A DNA stretch of 63,826 nucleotides from an uncultured Clostridia bacterium (lineage in GTDB: Bacteria; Bacillota; Clostridia; Christensenellales; Borkfalkiaceae). A model generated the notes under the pieces. That model did no database searches. It saw only the letters and a program-made list of their open reading frames with translations, and was not told the origin of the DNA. Shown one piece after another: positions 28,978-38,240 of this stretch. Position numbers and translations under genes: made by a program. The stretch covers positions 1 to 63,826 of the forward strand of contig CANQWI010000001.1 of NCBI GenBank assembly GCA_947627515.1, read 5' to 3'. The first letter of the stretch is position 1. Every line of letters starts with the position of its first letter.

Positions 28978-30723
28978 ATGAAATTACGACAAGCGGCTCC
29001 GCTTCTTTTCGCATTGCTCTTTGTCGGTCCCGCCCTTGTGCCGTCTGTCTGTGCGTCGGCCGCAGGGGAGGTCTCGCTGAATAAGCCCGCGCTCGAGCTT
29101 GCCCTCGGCGAGTCGGAGCTTCTCACCGCCTCCGCGGACGTCACCTACACGAGTGCGGATGAGAGGGTCGCGACGGTCACAAACAGCGGCGTCGTCAAGG
29201 GCGTCGGCGTCGGCGACACGACGGTGACTGCGGCGCGGGAGGGGGCCTCCTGCACGATCCCCGTCCACGTCATTCCCGAGGAGAGGAGCTTTGACGAAAA
29301 TATCCTCATCTCCGTCTTTTGGCCTCCCACCGCGGAGTACATGAACGGGGGAGAGGGGGATACGCGCTGGGATGAGCAGTTTCAGCTGCTCTCCGACGCT
29401 CACATCGACTACCTCTGCAACGTCACGGGCAGGGACCGCCAGCAAAGCATCGGCTCCACGCCCCGTCAGGAGAACACCAAGGAGACCAATCTCAAGCTGG
29501 CCGCCTACGCCTACAAATACGGCATGCGGCTGAGCGTCGCGGACGAGCGTTTTTCAGCCTTCAGCACCATGAGCGAGGCAGAGATCCAGAGCATCATCGA
29601 CGAATACCGCAATGTCCCGGGCGTGGGGGGATATTACATCCTCGACGAGCCCTTTGACCCCATGCCCTATGCCCCCGTGCACGAGGCGATCAAGCTCGCC
29701 GACCCGACGGGGTACACCCATCTGAACTTCCAGCCCATCCACGCCTACGGCAGCACGGTCGGCTCCCTCGACGAGACGGCACAGGAACGCTACCGCAGGG
29801 TGCTGAGGTCTTGGCTGCAGGCAGGCGAGGACTGCGGCTTCCCGCAGGACTATCTCATGTTCGACTTCTATCCCTTTACGGGAACGGAGGGAGGAATGGA
29901 GCGGGACATCTACTTCTCCAACCTCGCCGCCGTCAGGGAGGTCGGACTGGAATTTCACGTAAAGACGGCCAACTACCTGCAGACGGTCAGCTCTGTCCTG
30001 CAGGCAAGCGGTGCGCTCGCCTTCCGAAGCGCGACTCCCGCAGAGATCCGCTACGAGGCCATGCTCTCCCTTGCATATGGCTGTAAGCAGCTCTCCTATT
30101 TCACATGGTTCCTTCCCACCAACCGCAACGGCGAGACCTTCTCAAGGGCGATCGTCGGCGACGACGGCGTTCCCGATCCCGAGTACTATCCCTTTGTCAC
30201 CGCGCTCAACAGCGAGCTCCACGCCCTCGGCAAAACGCTCATCGGGCTGGACGCGGTGGAGGTCTGTCTCAACGGGACGCTGTGGGGCGGGCAGGAGAGC
30301 ATTCCGACAAATTTCGTCCTTCAGCCTACCGACAGCAAAAATTACACCGTCTCCCTTCTCGAGGATAAGACGGGACAGCAATATCTCATGCTCGTCAACA
30401 ACGACTACACCGCTCCGCTTTCAACGACGGTCAAGCTCAGGGGCCTCTCCTCGGTGCAGCATATCCGCGCAGAGGACGGGGAGAGAGAAACGCTCCCGCT
30501 CGGGCAGGACGGCGCACTCTCCGTCACCCTGAACGCGGGGGACGGAATGCTTCTGTGCCTCGCGGAGGAGCCTGAGGAGCTCCCTTCTGACCCTCCCGAG
30601 GAGGAAAAGAGGGGCTGCGGCGGTATCATCGGCGGCGCGGGCGGCGGGGCGGCGGCTCTCCTGCTTTGCACAGGGCTCCTCTGCATCCGCAAAAAATCTC
30701 ATAGTCAAGAGGGAAAACAATGA
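28978..30723 (+). CDS. surface-anchored Big_2 + TIM-barrel-like putative glycoside hydrolase with a GCGGIIGG-TM-basic C-terminus
   Basis: Signal peptide. Big_2-like segment (VATVTNSGVVKGVGVGDTTVTAA). Catalytic-domain-like region with GGYYILDEP. Tail: KRGCGGIIGGAGGGAAALLLCTGLLCIRKK. Confidence 0.65.
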   Translation: MKLRQAAPLLFALLFVGPALVPSVCASAAGEVSLNKPALELALGESELLTASADVTYTSADERVATVTNSGVVKGVGVGDTTVTAAREGASCTIPVHVIPEERSFDENILISVFWPPTAEYMNGGEGDTRWDEQFQLLSDAHIDYLCNVTGRDRQQSIGSTPRQENTKETNLKLAAYAYKYGMRLSVADERFSAFSTMSEAEIQSIIDEYRNVPGVGGYYILDEPFDPMPYAPVHEAIKLADPTGYTHLNFQPIHAYGSTVGSLDETAQERYRRVLRSWLQAGEDCGFPQDYLMFDFYPFTGTEGGMERDIYFSNLAAVREVGLEFHVKTANYLQTVSSVLQASGALAFRSATPAEIRYEAMLSLAYGCKQLSYFTWFLPTNRNGETFSRAIVGDDGVPDPEYYPFVTALNSELHALGKTLIGLDAVEVCLNGTLWGGQESIPTNFVLQPTDSKNYTVSLLEDKTGQQYLMLVNNDYTAPLSTTVKLRGLSSVQHIRAEDGERETLPLGQDGALSVTLNAGDGMLLCLAEEPEELPSDPPEEEKRGCGGIIGGAGGGAAALLLCTGLLCIRKKSHSQEGKQ

Positions 30724-33262
30724 ACAAGCTACGTAACCGTATCTGCATCCTTGCGGCGGCCCTTGCGGGAGTCCTGCTCCTTTGCGGCCTGCTTATGATC
30801 AAGCCCGTCTCGGCCTCTGCCGCGGAGGATGCCGCCGCGTCCTACTGCCCCGCGGGCTCCTCGAACATCTCGCTCCACAGGCCCGTGACGGCCTCCTCGA
30901 CCTATGAGGCGCAGGGGGAGGGCTGGAGCACCGTCTTTCTGACGGACGGCAGGACGGCACTCCCGGGGCGCAGCCCCCCAACGGCTGGACGACGATGCCG
31001 CACGAGACGGAGGACGCAAGCACTCCCGCATGGGCAAAAATCGACCTGCAGGGAGAATACGAGCTCACCCGCATCGTGCTCTTTCCCCGCAACGACCATG
31101 CGGACAACTACGGCGAATGCTTCCCTGTGGACTTTCAGCTGCAGGTCTCCGCGACAGGGGAGGAGAATGCATGGGAGACCGTCAAGAGCTTCGAGGGGGT
31201 CGCAAAGCCCACCGAGCCCTTCAGCGCGGACATTGCAGGCTCCCCCAAGGCAAGCTATGTGCGCCTGTATGTGACAAAGCGCACGGGGGAGGATAACCTT
31301 TCGGGCGGGGGCGGCGGCAACGACGGAAAGCTCGTCCAGCTCTCTGAGATGGCCGTGTTCGGCAGAGTCGTCCGCTCGGCGGCAAAGCTCAACAAGACCG
31401 CGCTCGAGCTCAAGCTCGGTAGCTCTGAGAGGGTCGGCCTCACCCTTACGGAGGGGGTCCCCACGCTCAGTTGGACGAGCGACGACAGCAGCATCGCTGC
31501 CGTCTCACAGGACGGCACGATCACGGCAAAGGGCGTCGGCAGCACGACGGTGCGTGCAAGCGGCGAGGGCTTTGCGGAGCAGACCGTTTCCGTCTCCGTC
31601 GTCGAAAAGAAATATGACTTTGACGAAAACATCACGCTCTCCGTCTTTTGGCTCCCCACCAAGACCTATCTCAACGGCGGCGAGGGGGATGAACGGTGGG
31701 ATGAGCAGTTCAAGCTCCTTCAGGACGCCGATATCGACTGGCTCGCCCACGTCACCGACAACGAGAACACGGGCATGCTGCTCACCTCTAAGGAGGACAA
31801 TCTCAAGGCGGCGCAGTATGCCGCAAAATACGGCATGCACCTCACCGTCGCGGACACCCGCTTCGGGCAGAATCTTCTGCACATGACCGAGGAGGAGATC
31901 GTGGCTCTCATCGAGGAATACCGCAATATCCCGGGCGTCGGCGGCTACTATCTTTGGGATGAGCCGGGGCCCGACGTCAACTTCGAAAGGGTCGACTTCA
32001 CCTCAAGCTATGCGCAGGTGTATGCGGCGATGAAAAAGACAGACCCCGACGCGTATACCCATCTCAATTTCCTTCCCATGTTTGCCTATGCGGACAACGA
32101 GACCGCCTACCGCAACCACATCTCCGCTTGGCTGGATGCGACGGAGAAGGAGGGGGTCGCGCAGGACTACATCATGTACGACTTTTACCCCTACACGGGC
32201 TTCGGGACGGACATGGACCGAGAGCATTTCTTCTCCAACCTCGATGCCATGCGCAAGATCGGCCTCGATTACGGCGTAAAGACGGCGACCTACCTCCAAT
32301 CCAACGGCGGCCCGTCCAAGCGTTCGCCCTCGCCCGCAGAGATCCGCTATCAGGCGATGGTCTCCCTTGCCTACGGCTATAAGCAGCTCTCCTACTTCAC
32401 ATGGTTTTTGCCTACGAATCGCGGCGGGGAAAGCTTTCAGGGCTCCATCGTGAACGATCAGGGCGTCCCCAATCCGAATACGTACGAGGCCGTCTCCAAG
32501 CTCAACAGAGAGATCCACAGCCTCGGCAAAACGCTTGCGGGGCTCGACAGTCTCGAGGTGTACCTCAACGGAAAGCAGTACGGCGGCCAGCTCCCTGTCC
32601 CCGAGGCCTTTCCTCTCCTCTCCATGGACAACACGGAGTACACCGTTTCCCTTCTCAAGGATAAAAAGACTGGCCGCAACTATGTGATGCTCGTCAACAA
32701 CGACTTCACGCGATCCATGCAGACCTCCGTCTATCTCAATTACGGCATCCGCTCGCTCGCGCAGGTCAGCCCCGTTGACGGGACGCTCAAGGGGGTCGAT
32801 GTGCCCTCCGACGGCATTCTTACCATCTCGCTCGAGGCGGGGGACGCCGTGCTCTATGCCCTTCCCGAGGGGATGGACTATACCGCAGAGCAGCTGACGG
32901 ACAAGACGCAGGCAAACGCCATCCTCACCCGCGCAAGTGCCGAGAGGGGAACGCTCTCCGCAGCCGATGTCGCCCTTCTCGATGCGGCGACGGAGGAGCT
33001 CAGGGCCGCGATGCAGGACGTGCACACGACGCAGGCCCGTCTCGACGCCCTCACGGAAAGGGTGAAGGACATTCTCGACAATGCCCAAAGGCTTCCCGAC
33101 GACCCCGCGCCTCCCTCGGGGGGAACGGACGACCCCGCGCCCCCTCCCAAGGAGGAAAAGAAGGGCTGCGGCGGCGTGATCGGCGGGACCCTCGGCGGGG
33201 CATGCGCGGCAGGACTGCTGCTCCTTGCGCTTCTTCTCATCAAAAAGAAAAGGAGAGAATGA
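30720..33262 (+). pseudogene. frameshifted paralog: signal peptide, discoidin (F5/8 type C)-like domain, Big_2, TIM-barrel-like domain, GCGGVIGG-TM-basic tail
   Basis: ORF 30720-31274 supplies the signal peptide and the start of a discoidin-like domain. The domain continues in the -1 frame (..AQPPNGWTTMPHETEDASTPAWAKIDLQGEYELTRIVLFPR..), which the track calls as ORF 30995-33262. One extra G in the G4 run at 30965-30968 would join the two frames. The ATGA start overlaps the upstream stop. Confidence 0.7.
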
Positions 33263-33288
33263 TCTCTCCTTTTACCCTCACGGGGTGG

Positions 33289-34032
33289 TTAAACAATGAC
33301 AGGCAGGCCCTTGAGCGCGGCGCGGCGGGAGCGTGAAAGCTCGTCAAAGATGAGCATGTCAAACGCCGTGAACGGCTCAAGCAGGTAGGTCCCCGACTGC
33401 TCGAACTTGCTCTGATCTGCGACGAGGACGCGGAACACCGACCGCTGGAACACCGTCCGCTTGATCTCACGCTGGTCGAGGGAGGTCTCATACGTCCCCG
33501 TGCTGTCGAGCGCGGAACAGGACGTCAGCATGAGGTCAAAGTGGAACTCCGACATCAGCTTGGTCGTCCAGCTGCCCGTGATGGCATGCCCGTGCGGGGA
33601 GACCGTTCCCCCCGGGATGATGAGGTTGATGCCGCGGATGCGCGAGAGCACCGCGACCGCCTGCAGGGAGTTCGTGATCACCGTCTTTTCGGAAAGGGTC
33701 ATCTGCTGGGCGACCGCGAGCACGGTGGACGAATTGTCCAAAAACACCGTCTTGAAGTCGGTGGGGATGTGCTCGATGGCCTTCCGCGCGATCTGCACCT
33801 TGGACTCCGCGTTCTCGGTCATACGTACAAGGATGGAGACCTCGTCAGCCGCCTCCAGAAGCACGGCCCCGCCGTGGCTCCTTCTCAAAAGCCCCAGATC
33901 CTGCAGATCGATGAGGTCGCGCCGTATGGTCGCCTCGCTCACATACAGCTTTTTGGCGAGCTCGCTGACGGTCGCCGACCCCTGCTTCCTCAAAACAGAG
34001 AGGATCTCTTCCTTTCTTGTGTCATTTAACAT
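33289..34032 (-). CDS. DeoR/GlpR family transcriptional regulator (probable rhamnose regulator)
   Basis: N-terminal HTH ILSVLRKQGSATVSELAKKLYVSEATIRRDL and a C-terminal DeoR sugar-phosphate-binding domain. Divergent from rhaBAD. Confidence 0.9.
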   Translation of the reverse strand: MLNDTRKEEILSVLRKQGSATVSELAKKLYVSEATIRRDLIDLQDLGLLRRSHGGAVLLEAADEVSILVRMTENAESKVQIARKAIEHIPTDFKTVFLDNSSTVLAVAQQMTLSEKTVITNSLQAVAVLSRIRGINLIIPGGTVSPHGHAITGSWTTKLMSEFHFDLMLTSCSALDSTGTYETSLDQREIKRTVFQRSVFRVLVADQSKFEQSGTYLLEPFTAFDMLIFDELSRSRRAALKGLPVIV

Positions 34033-34109
34033 TTTTCACTTCCGAATTTGCTCGTTTGTGCTCGTATTATAGCATATTTCTGAAGTTTTGTCAACATTTC
34101 AAACTTACA

Positions 34110-34138
34110 TAGACAAAATTTTCATTTTATGGTATCAT
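34110..34138 (+). promoter_or_regulatory. candidate rhaBAD promoter
   Basis: TAGACA, 17 nt, TATCAT with TGG immediately upstream. The -10 hexamer ends 17 nt before ATG 34156, so the leader would be very short. Confidence 0.4.
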
Positions 34139-34155
34139 AAATGTGAGGTTGAAAC

Positions 34156-35523
34156 ATGAAAACGTTTCTTTCGATCGATATCGGAGCCTCTTCGGGACGG
34201 CACATTCTCGGCTCGGTGAAGGACGGCGTCCTCACCGTCGAGGAGATCTACCGCTTCCCCAATTCTCCCATTCTCAGGGACGGCTCCCTCGTCTGGGACG
34301 TCGAACGGCTGCGGCGCGAGGTGATCCTCGGCATGAAGAAGGCGGGGGAGCTCGGCAGGATCCCCGAGAGCGTCGGCATCGACACATGGGCGGTCGACTA
34401 TGCCCTTCTCGACGGCGACAAAAATCTCGTCGGCCCCGTCCATGCCTACCGTTCCCCCCGCACTCAGTCGGTGATCTCCTCGGTGCATGCAAGGATCCCC
34501 TTTGACGCGCTCTATCAGCGGACGGGCATCCAGTTCCAGCCCTTCAACACCGTCTATCAGCTCGCCGCAGACCAACAGAGCGGCGTCCTCGCACAGGCAC
34601 GCTACATGCTCATGCTCCCCGATTATCTCAACTTCTGTCTCACGGGAAAAATGAGCCGCGAATACACCAACGCCACCTCGACGGGCCTTGTCGCCTGCGC
34701 AGGGCATACATGGGACGAGGGCATCCTCGACGCTCTCGGCTATCCAAAACGGCTTTTCCCGCCGCTCACCCAACCGGGGGCGGTGCTCGGAGGCCTCTGC
34801 AGGGAGGTCCGTGAGGAGGTCGGGTACGACACGCTCGTCGTCCTTCCCGCCACGCATGACACGGCCAGCGCCGTCGTCTCCTCGCTCGCGGGGAAGGGGG
34901 CGTATCTCTCGAGCGGGACATGGTCCCTGCTCGGCACCCTGCAGCCGACCGCACACACGGACGAAAAGACCCGCGCCTTCAACTATTCCAACGAGGGACA
35001 TCTCTTCTGTAAATTCAGATTGCAGAAGAACATCATGGGTCTCTGGATCATCCAGCGTCTGCGCGAGGAGGAGGCTCCGCACCTTTCCTTCCCGCAGCTC
35101 ATGGCCCTTGCCGAGGGGAACGTCAACGACTGCGAGATCGACGTCAACGATACGACCTACCTCGCCCCGCAGAATATGAAGGAGCGGATGGAGGCTGAGG
35201 CGGGCAGGAGACTCTCCCTCGGCGAGGCACTGTATGCGGCGTTCAGGGGACTTGCCGTCTGCTACCGCGACGCGCTCACCGAGCTCTCCTCCGTCACGGG
35301 GGAGCAGTACAGGGAGCTGAATATCTTCGGCGGCGGGAGTAAAAATCGCCTTCTCAACACGCTCACCGCACAGCTCGCGCGGGTCAGAGTCACGGCGGGC
35401 CCCGCAGAGGCGACCGCCATCGGCAATCTTCTCGTCCAGATGGACGCAATGGGGGAAAGCTCCTTAAAGGACGCCCCCGCAATCGTAAAAGCATCCTTTG
35501 AAACGGAGGAATTCACATCATGA
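34156..35523 (+). CDS. rhaB: rhamnulokinase (FGGY family)
   Basis: N-terminus LSIDIGASSGRHILG, FGGY layout with GGGSKN near the C-terminus, and operon context with rhaA and rhaD. Confidence 0.88.
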   Translation: MKTFLSIDIGASSGRHILGSVKDGVLTVEEIYRFPNSPILRDGSLVWDVERLRREVILGMKKAGELGRIPESVGIDTWAVDYALLDGDKNLVGPVHAYRSPRTQSVISSVHARIPFDALYQRTGIQFQPFNTVYQLAADQQSGVLAQARYMLMLPDYLNFCLTGKMSREYTNATSTGLVACAGHTWDEGILDALGYPKRLFPPLTQPGAVLGGLCREVREEVGYDTLVVLPATHDTASAVVSSLAGKGAYLSSGTWSLLGTLQPTAHTDEKTRAFNYSNEGHLFCKFRLQKNIMGLWIIQRLREEEAPHLSFPQLMALAEGNVNDCEIDVNDTTYLAPQNMKERMEAEAGRRLSLGEALYAAFRGLAVCYRDALTELSSVTGEQYRELNIFGGGSKNRLLNTLTAQLARVRVTAGPAEATAIGNLLVQMDAMGESSLKDAPAIVKASFETEEFTS

Positions 35524-36755
35524 CCGATCATCGTTCGGCCTATGCCGCATTCGGCGTCGATACGGAGGCCGCGCTCTCAAGGCTCGCCTCCATTCCCGTC
35601 AGCATCCACTGCTGGCAAGGAGACGACGTCATAGGGTTCGACGGGGCGGGAAGCCTCTCGGGCGGCATTCAGACAACGGGCAATTATATGGGCCGCGCCC
35701 GCAATTTCGAAGAGCTCAAATCGGACATCAGGGAGGCCTTTTCCCTCATGCCCGGGAAAAAACGGCTCAACCTTCACGCCAGCTACGCCATTTTGGGCGA
35801 GGACGCGGGGAGGGTGGACCGTGACGGGTATACATTCAAACATTTTATCCCGTGGGTGGAATTTGCCAAAGAGCTTGACCTCGACGGCATCGATTTCAAC
35901 CCGACATTTTTCGCCCACCCCAATATGAAGGACGGACTCACTCTCTCCTCCCCCCAAGAGAGCGTCCGTTCCTTCTGGGTGGAGCACGGCAGACGCTGCA
36001 TGGAGATCGCCGCGGAGCTTGGAAAGGCCTTCGGGAAGCCCTGCCTCGTCAACATCTGGATCCCCGACGGGTTCAAGGATGTCCCCGCCGACCGTCTCGG
36101 CCCCCGCCTCAGGTTAAAGAGGTCCCTCGACGAAATTCTTGAAAATTACGACAGAGAATGGGTGATTCCCGCCGTCGAGAGCAAGGTCTTCGGCATCGGC
36201 GTCGAGAGCTACACCGTCGGCTCCAACGAATTTTATCAGAACTATGCCGCAAAGAGAGGCATCTGCTGCCTCCTCGACAACGGCCACTATCATCCGCTCG
36301 AATATGTCTCCGACAAGATCCCCGCGCTCCTCTCCTTCTATGACAGGGTCGCCCTACATGTCACCCGCGGCGTCCGCTGGGACAGCGACCATGTCGTGCT
36401 CTTTGAGGATGAGCTCAAGGAGATCGCCAAGGAGATCGTCAGAAACGATGCGACGGAAAAGGTCCTCATCGGGCTCGACTACTTCGACGCAAGCATCAAC
36501 CGCATCTTCGCTTGGGTCACGGGGCAGCGGTCCATGCAGAAGGCCCTCCTCTACGCCCTCCTTCTTCCCAATGAGGAGATGAAACGGCTACAGGACGCAG
36601 GCGACTTCACCGCCCTCATGGACCTTCAGGAGAGGGTCAAGACGCTTCCCTTCGGGGCAGTTTGGGAGGAATATCTCACACGTCAGGGTCTCACGGACGA
36701 CGTTCTTTCCCGCATCCGCAGCTACGAACGGACAGTATTAAAGGAGAGAGTATGA
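35520..36755 (+). CDS. rhaA: L-rhamnose isomerase
   Basis: Characteristic SIHCWQGDDVIGF, with length and context as expected. ATGA overlap with rhaB. Confidence 0.9.
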   Translation: MTDHRSAYAAFGVDTEAALSRLASIPVSIHCWQGDDVIGFDGAGSLSGGIQTTGNYMGRARNFEELKSDIREAFSLMPGKKRLNLHASYAILGEDAGRVDRDGYTFKHFIPWVEFAKELDLDGIDFNPTFFAHPNMKDGLTLSSPQESVRSFWVEHGRRCMEIAAELGKAFGKPCLVNIWIPDGFKDVPADRLGPRLRLKRSLDEILENYDREWVIPAVESKVFGIGVESYTVGSNEFYQNYAAKRGICCLLDNGHYHPLEYVSDKIPALLSFYDRVALHVTRGVRWDSDHVVLFEDELKEIAKEIVRNDATEKVLIGLDYFDASINRIFAWVTGQRSMQKALLYALLLPNEEMKRLQDAGDFTALMDLQERVKTLPFGAVWEEYLTRQGLTDDVLSRIRSYERTVLKERV

Positions 36756-37564
36756 AGGACATTTTATCTGCCTCTTTTTTGAAGGCATTCTCTAAGGTGA
36801 CGAGCAATATGTACCGCCTCGGCTGGGACGAGCGCAACGGCGGCAACCTCTCCCTTCTCCTTGAAGAGGAGGAGGTCGCTCCCTATCTTGACCTGAAGGA
36901 CGTCAAGCGTCGTTTTTTCCTCGGGTTTGACGCGCAGGCTCTTGCGGGCAAGTACTTTCTCGTCACGGGCACACAGAAGTATTTCAAAAACGTGGAGGGG
37001 GATGAGGAAAACAACCTCGGCCTCTTCCGCATCTCCGCGGACGGCACAGAGGGGGAGCTCCTTTGGGGCTATGCGGATGGGGGAAGGCCCACAAGCGAGC
37101 TTCCCGCACATCTCATGAGCCATATCGCCCGCCGCTCTGTCGACCCCATGAATCGCGTTGTCATGCACACGCATCCCACCAATCTGCTCGCCATGACCTA
37201 TGTGCACGAGCTGGAGACAAGGCAGTTTACTCATACGCTGTGGCAAATGTCGACCGAGTGCATTGTCGTCTTTCCCGACGGCGTCGAGGTGCTCCCGTGG
37301 ATGCTCTGCGGCACCAATGAGATCGGCGAGGCCACTGCGGAGCGCATGAAAAAGGCCCGCGTCGTCGTTTGGTCCATGCACGGCATCTATGGCGCAGGAA
37401 AGACGCTCGACGAGACGTTCGGCCTCGTGGAGACCGTCGAAAAGGCCGCCACCGTCTACATGCTCACGGCTGGACTCAAGCGCGTCAATACAATTCAGGA
37501 CGAGGAGCTCAAGGTCCTCGCCAACTACTTCGGCGTCGAGTATCGGAAGGGGATAATAGACTGA
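36752..37564 (+). CDS. rhaD: rhamnulose-1-phosphate aldolase (class II aldolase/adducin family)
   Basis: Start at MKDILSASF (ATG 36752, ATGA overlap with rhaA, AAGGAGAG RBS). Motifs ERNGGNLS, HTHPTN and MHGIY. Confidence 0.88.
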   Translation: MKDILSASFLKAFSKVTSNMYRLGWDERNGGNLSLLLEEEEVAPYLDLKDVKRRFFLGFDAQALAGKYFLVTGTQKYFKNVEGDEENNLGLFRISADGTEGELLWGYADGGRPTSELPAHLMSHIARRSVDPMNRVVMHTHPTNLLAMTYVHELETRQFTHTLWQMSTECIVVFPDGVEVLPWMLCGTNEIGEATAERMKKARVVVWSMHGIYGAGKTLDETFGLVETVEKAATVYMLTAGLKRVNTIQDEELKVLANYFGVEYRKGIID

Positions 37565-37569
37565 TTGTT

Positions 37570-37639
37570 TCGAAGGTTTTTTTGCTCGGTTCCCTGCCCG
37601 CCGTTGGCGGCCATGGTCCCTTCGAAAAAAAACCTTCGA
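37570..37639. terminator. long symmetric hairpin (tcgaaggT7 ... A8ccttcga), possibly a bidirectional terminator
   Basis: 14-bp outer stem with a T-run on one arm and an A-run on the other, enclosing an inner ccgcc/ggcgg hairpin. It starts 6 nt after the rhaD stop. Confidence 0.5.
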
Positions 37640-37812
37640 GCGAACCTTCCTTGTTCATCAATTAAGTTGGCTGCGGAAGCGTTATATGCATGGACAACAA
37701 GCGCGAGGTATCGCGCAAATTGAGTGCGCTTAGGCGGGGCAACCCCGCCACGCGCCGTAAGCTTGAATGAAGGGACCGCCGCGTCATTATTCTACGGACC
37801 ATTCCAACTCAC

Positions 37813-37841
37813 GTCATGGTGAGCTCCGTCGAACCATCACC
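37813..37841 (+). repeat. REP-like hairpin unit, copy 4 (stem ATGGT/ACCAT)
   Basis: gtcATGGTgagctccgtcgaACCATcacc. Confidence 0.6.
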
Positions 37842-37866
37842 GCTTTACGGAAGCATCCCCAATCAC

Positions 37867-37894
37867 GTCATGCTGAGCTTGTCGAAGCATCACC
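37867..37894 (+). repeat. REP-like hairpin unit, copy 5 (stem ATGCT/AGCAT)
   Basis: gtcATGCTgagcttgtcgaAGCATcacc. Confidence 0.6.
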
Positions 37895-37895
37895 A

Positions 37896-37929
37896 CAATT
37901 TTTAATTTTTAATTTTAAATTTTAAATTC
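37896..37929 (+). repeat. AT-rich short-period tract (aattttt-like), copy 1
   Basis: caatttttaatttttaattttaaattttaaattc. The first 23 nt (caatttttaatttttaatttt) are repeated at 38241. Confidence 0.55.
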
Positions 37930-37986
37930 AGAATTCGCTCGCTGCCCCTGTAGGGGAAGTGGCCTATAGGCCAAAGGGGTTTAAAG

Positions 37987-38068
37987 TCCTCATCCCGCCC
38001 CGCGCACATTCTATTTGTGACTAAGCGCGGCACGAGCACCGCCCTTGGTGCGAAGTAGCGCAGCGAGT
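37987..38068 (+). repeat. 82-nt repeat, copy B (inverted relative to 10531-10612)
   Basis: See copy A. The two copies are near-identical by eye. Confidence 0.75.
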
Positions 38069-38160
38069 GGATCTCATCAAAACCTACGGACTCAATAATC
38101 TCGCCCTCCCCCTCATACTTGAGGGGGAGGGGTAGGGGAGGGGGTGATTCAAAATGATAA

Positions 38161-38189
38161 GGTGATGGTTCGACGGGGCTCACCATGAC
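38161..38189 (-). repeat. REP-like hairpin unit, copy 6 (stem ATGGT/ACCAT), inverted
   Basis: The reverse complement reads gtcATGGTgagccccgtcgaACCATcacc. Confidence 0.6.
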
Positions 38190-38240
38190 AAAATTGGAAT
38201 GACCCGTAGGTATCAAGCCTTCATTCTCACTCTCTCACCG

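Noticed and set aside
25943-29014. 462-aa and 522-aa minus-strand ORFs opposite the 1089-aa surface protein gene
   Set aside because: Antisense shadows, for the same reasons: no RBS, low-complexity R/G/A/V translation, and overlap with a supported gene.
30995-33262. Stand-alone 755-aa gene starting at MPHETED, with 30720-31274 as a separate 184-aa gene
   Set aside because: The ATG at 30995 lies in the middle of a discoidin-like domain. The product would lack a signal peptide although it carries a surface anchor. The upstream ORF turns into an R/P/T-rich nonsense tail after the G4 run. One frameshifted gene explains both.
37640-37810. Possible tRNA or small RNA gene in the hairpin-rich segment after rhaD
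   Set aside because: No cloverleaf can be drawn (no acceptor/T-arm pairing, no GTTC-type loop). The hairpins resemble the surrounding repeat modules.
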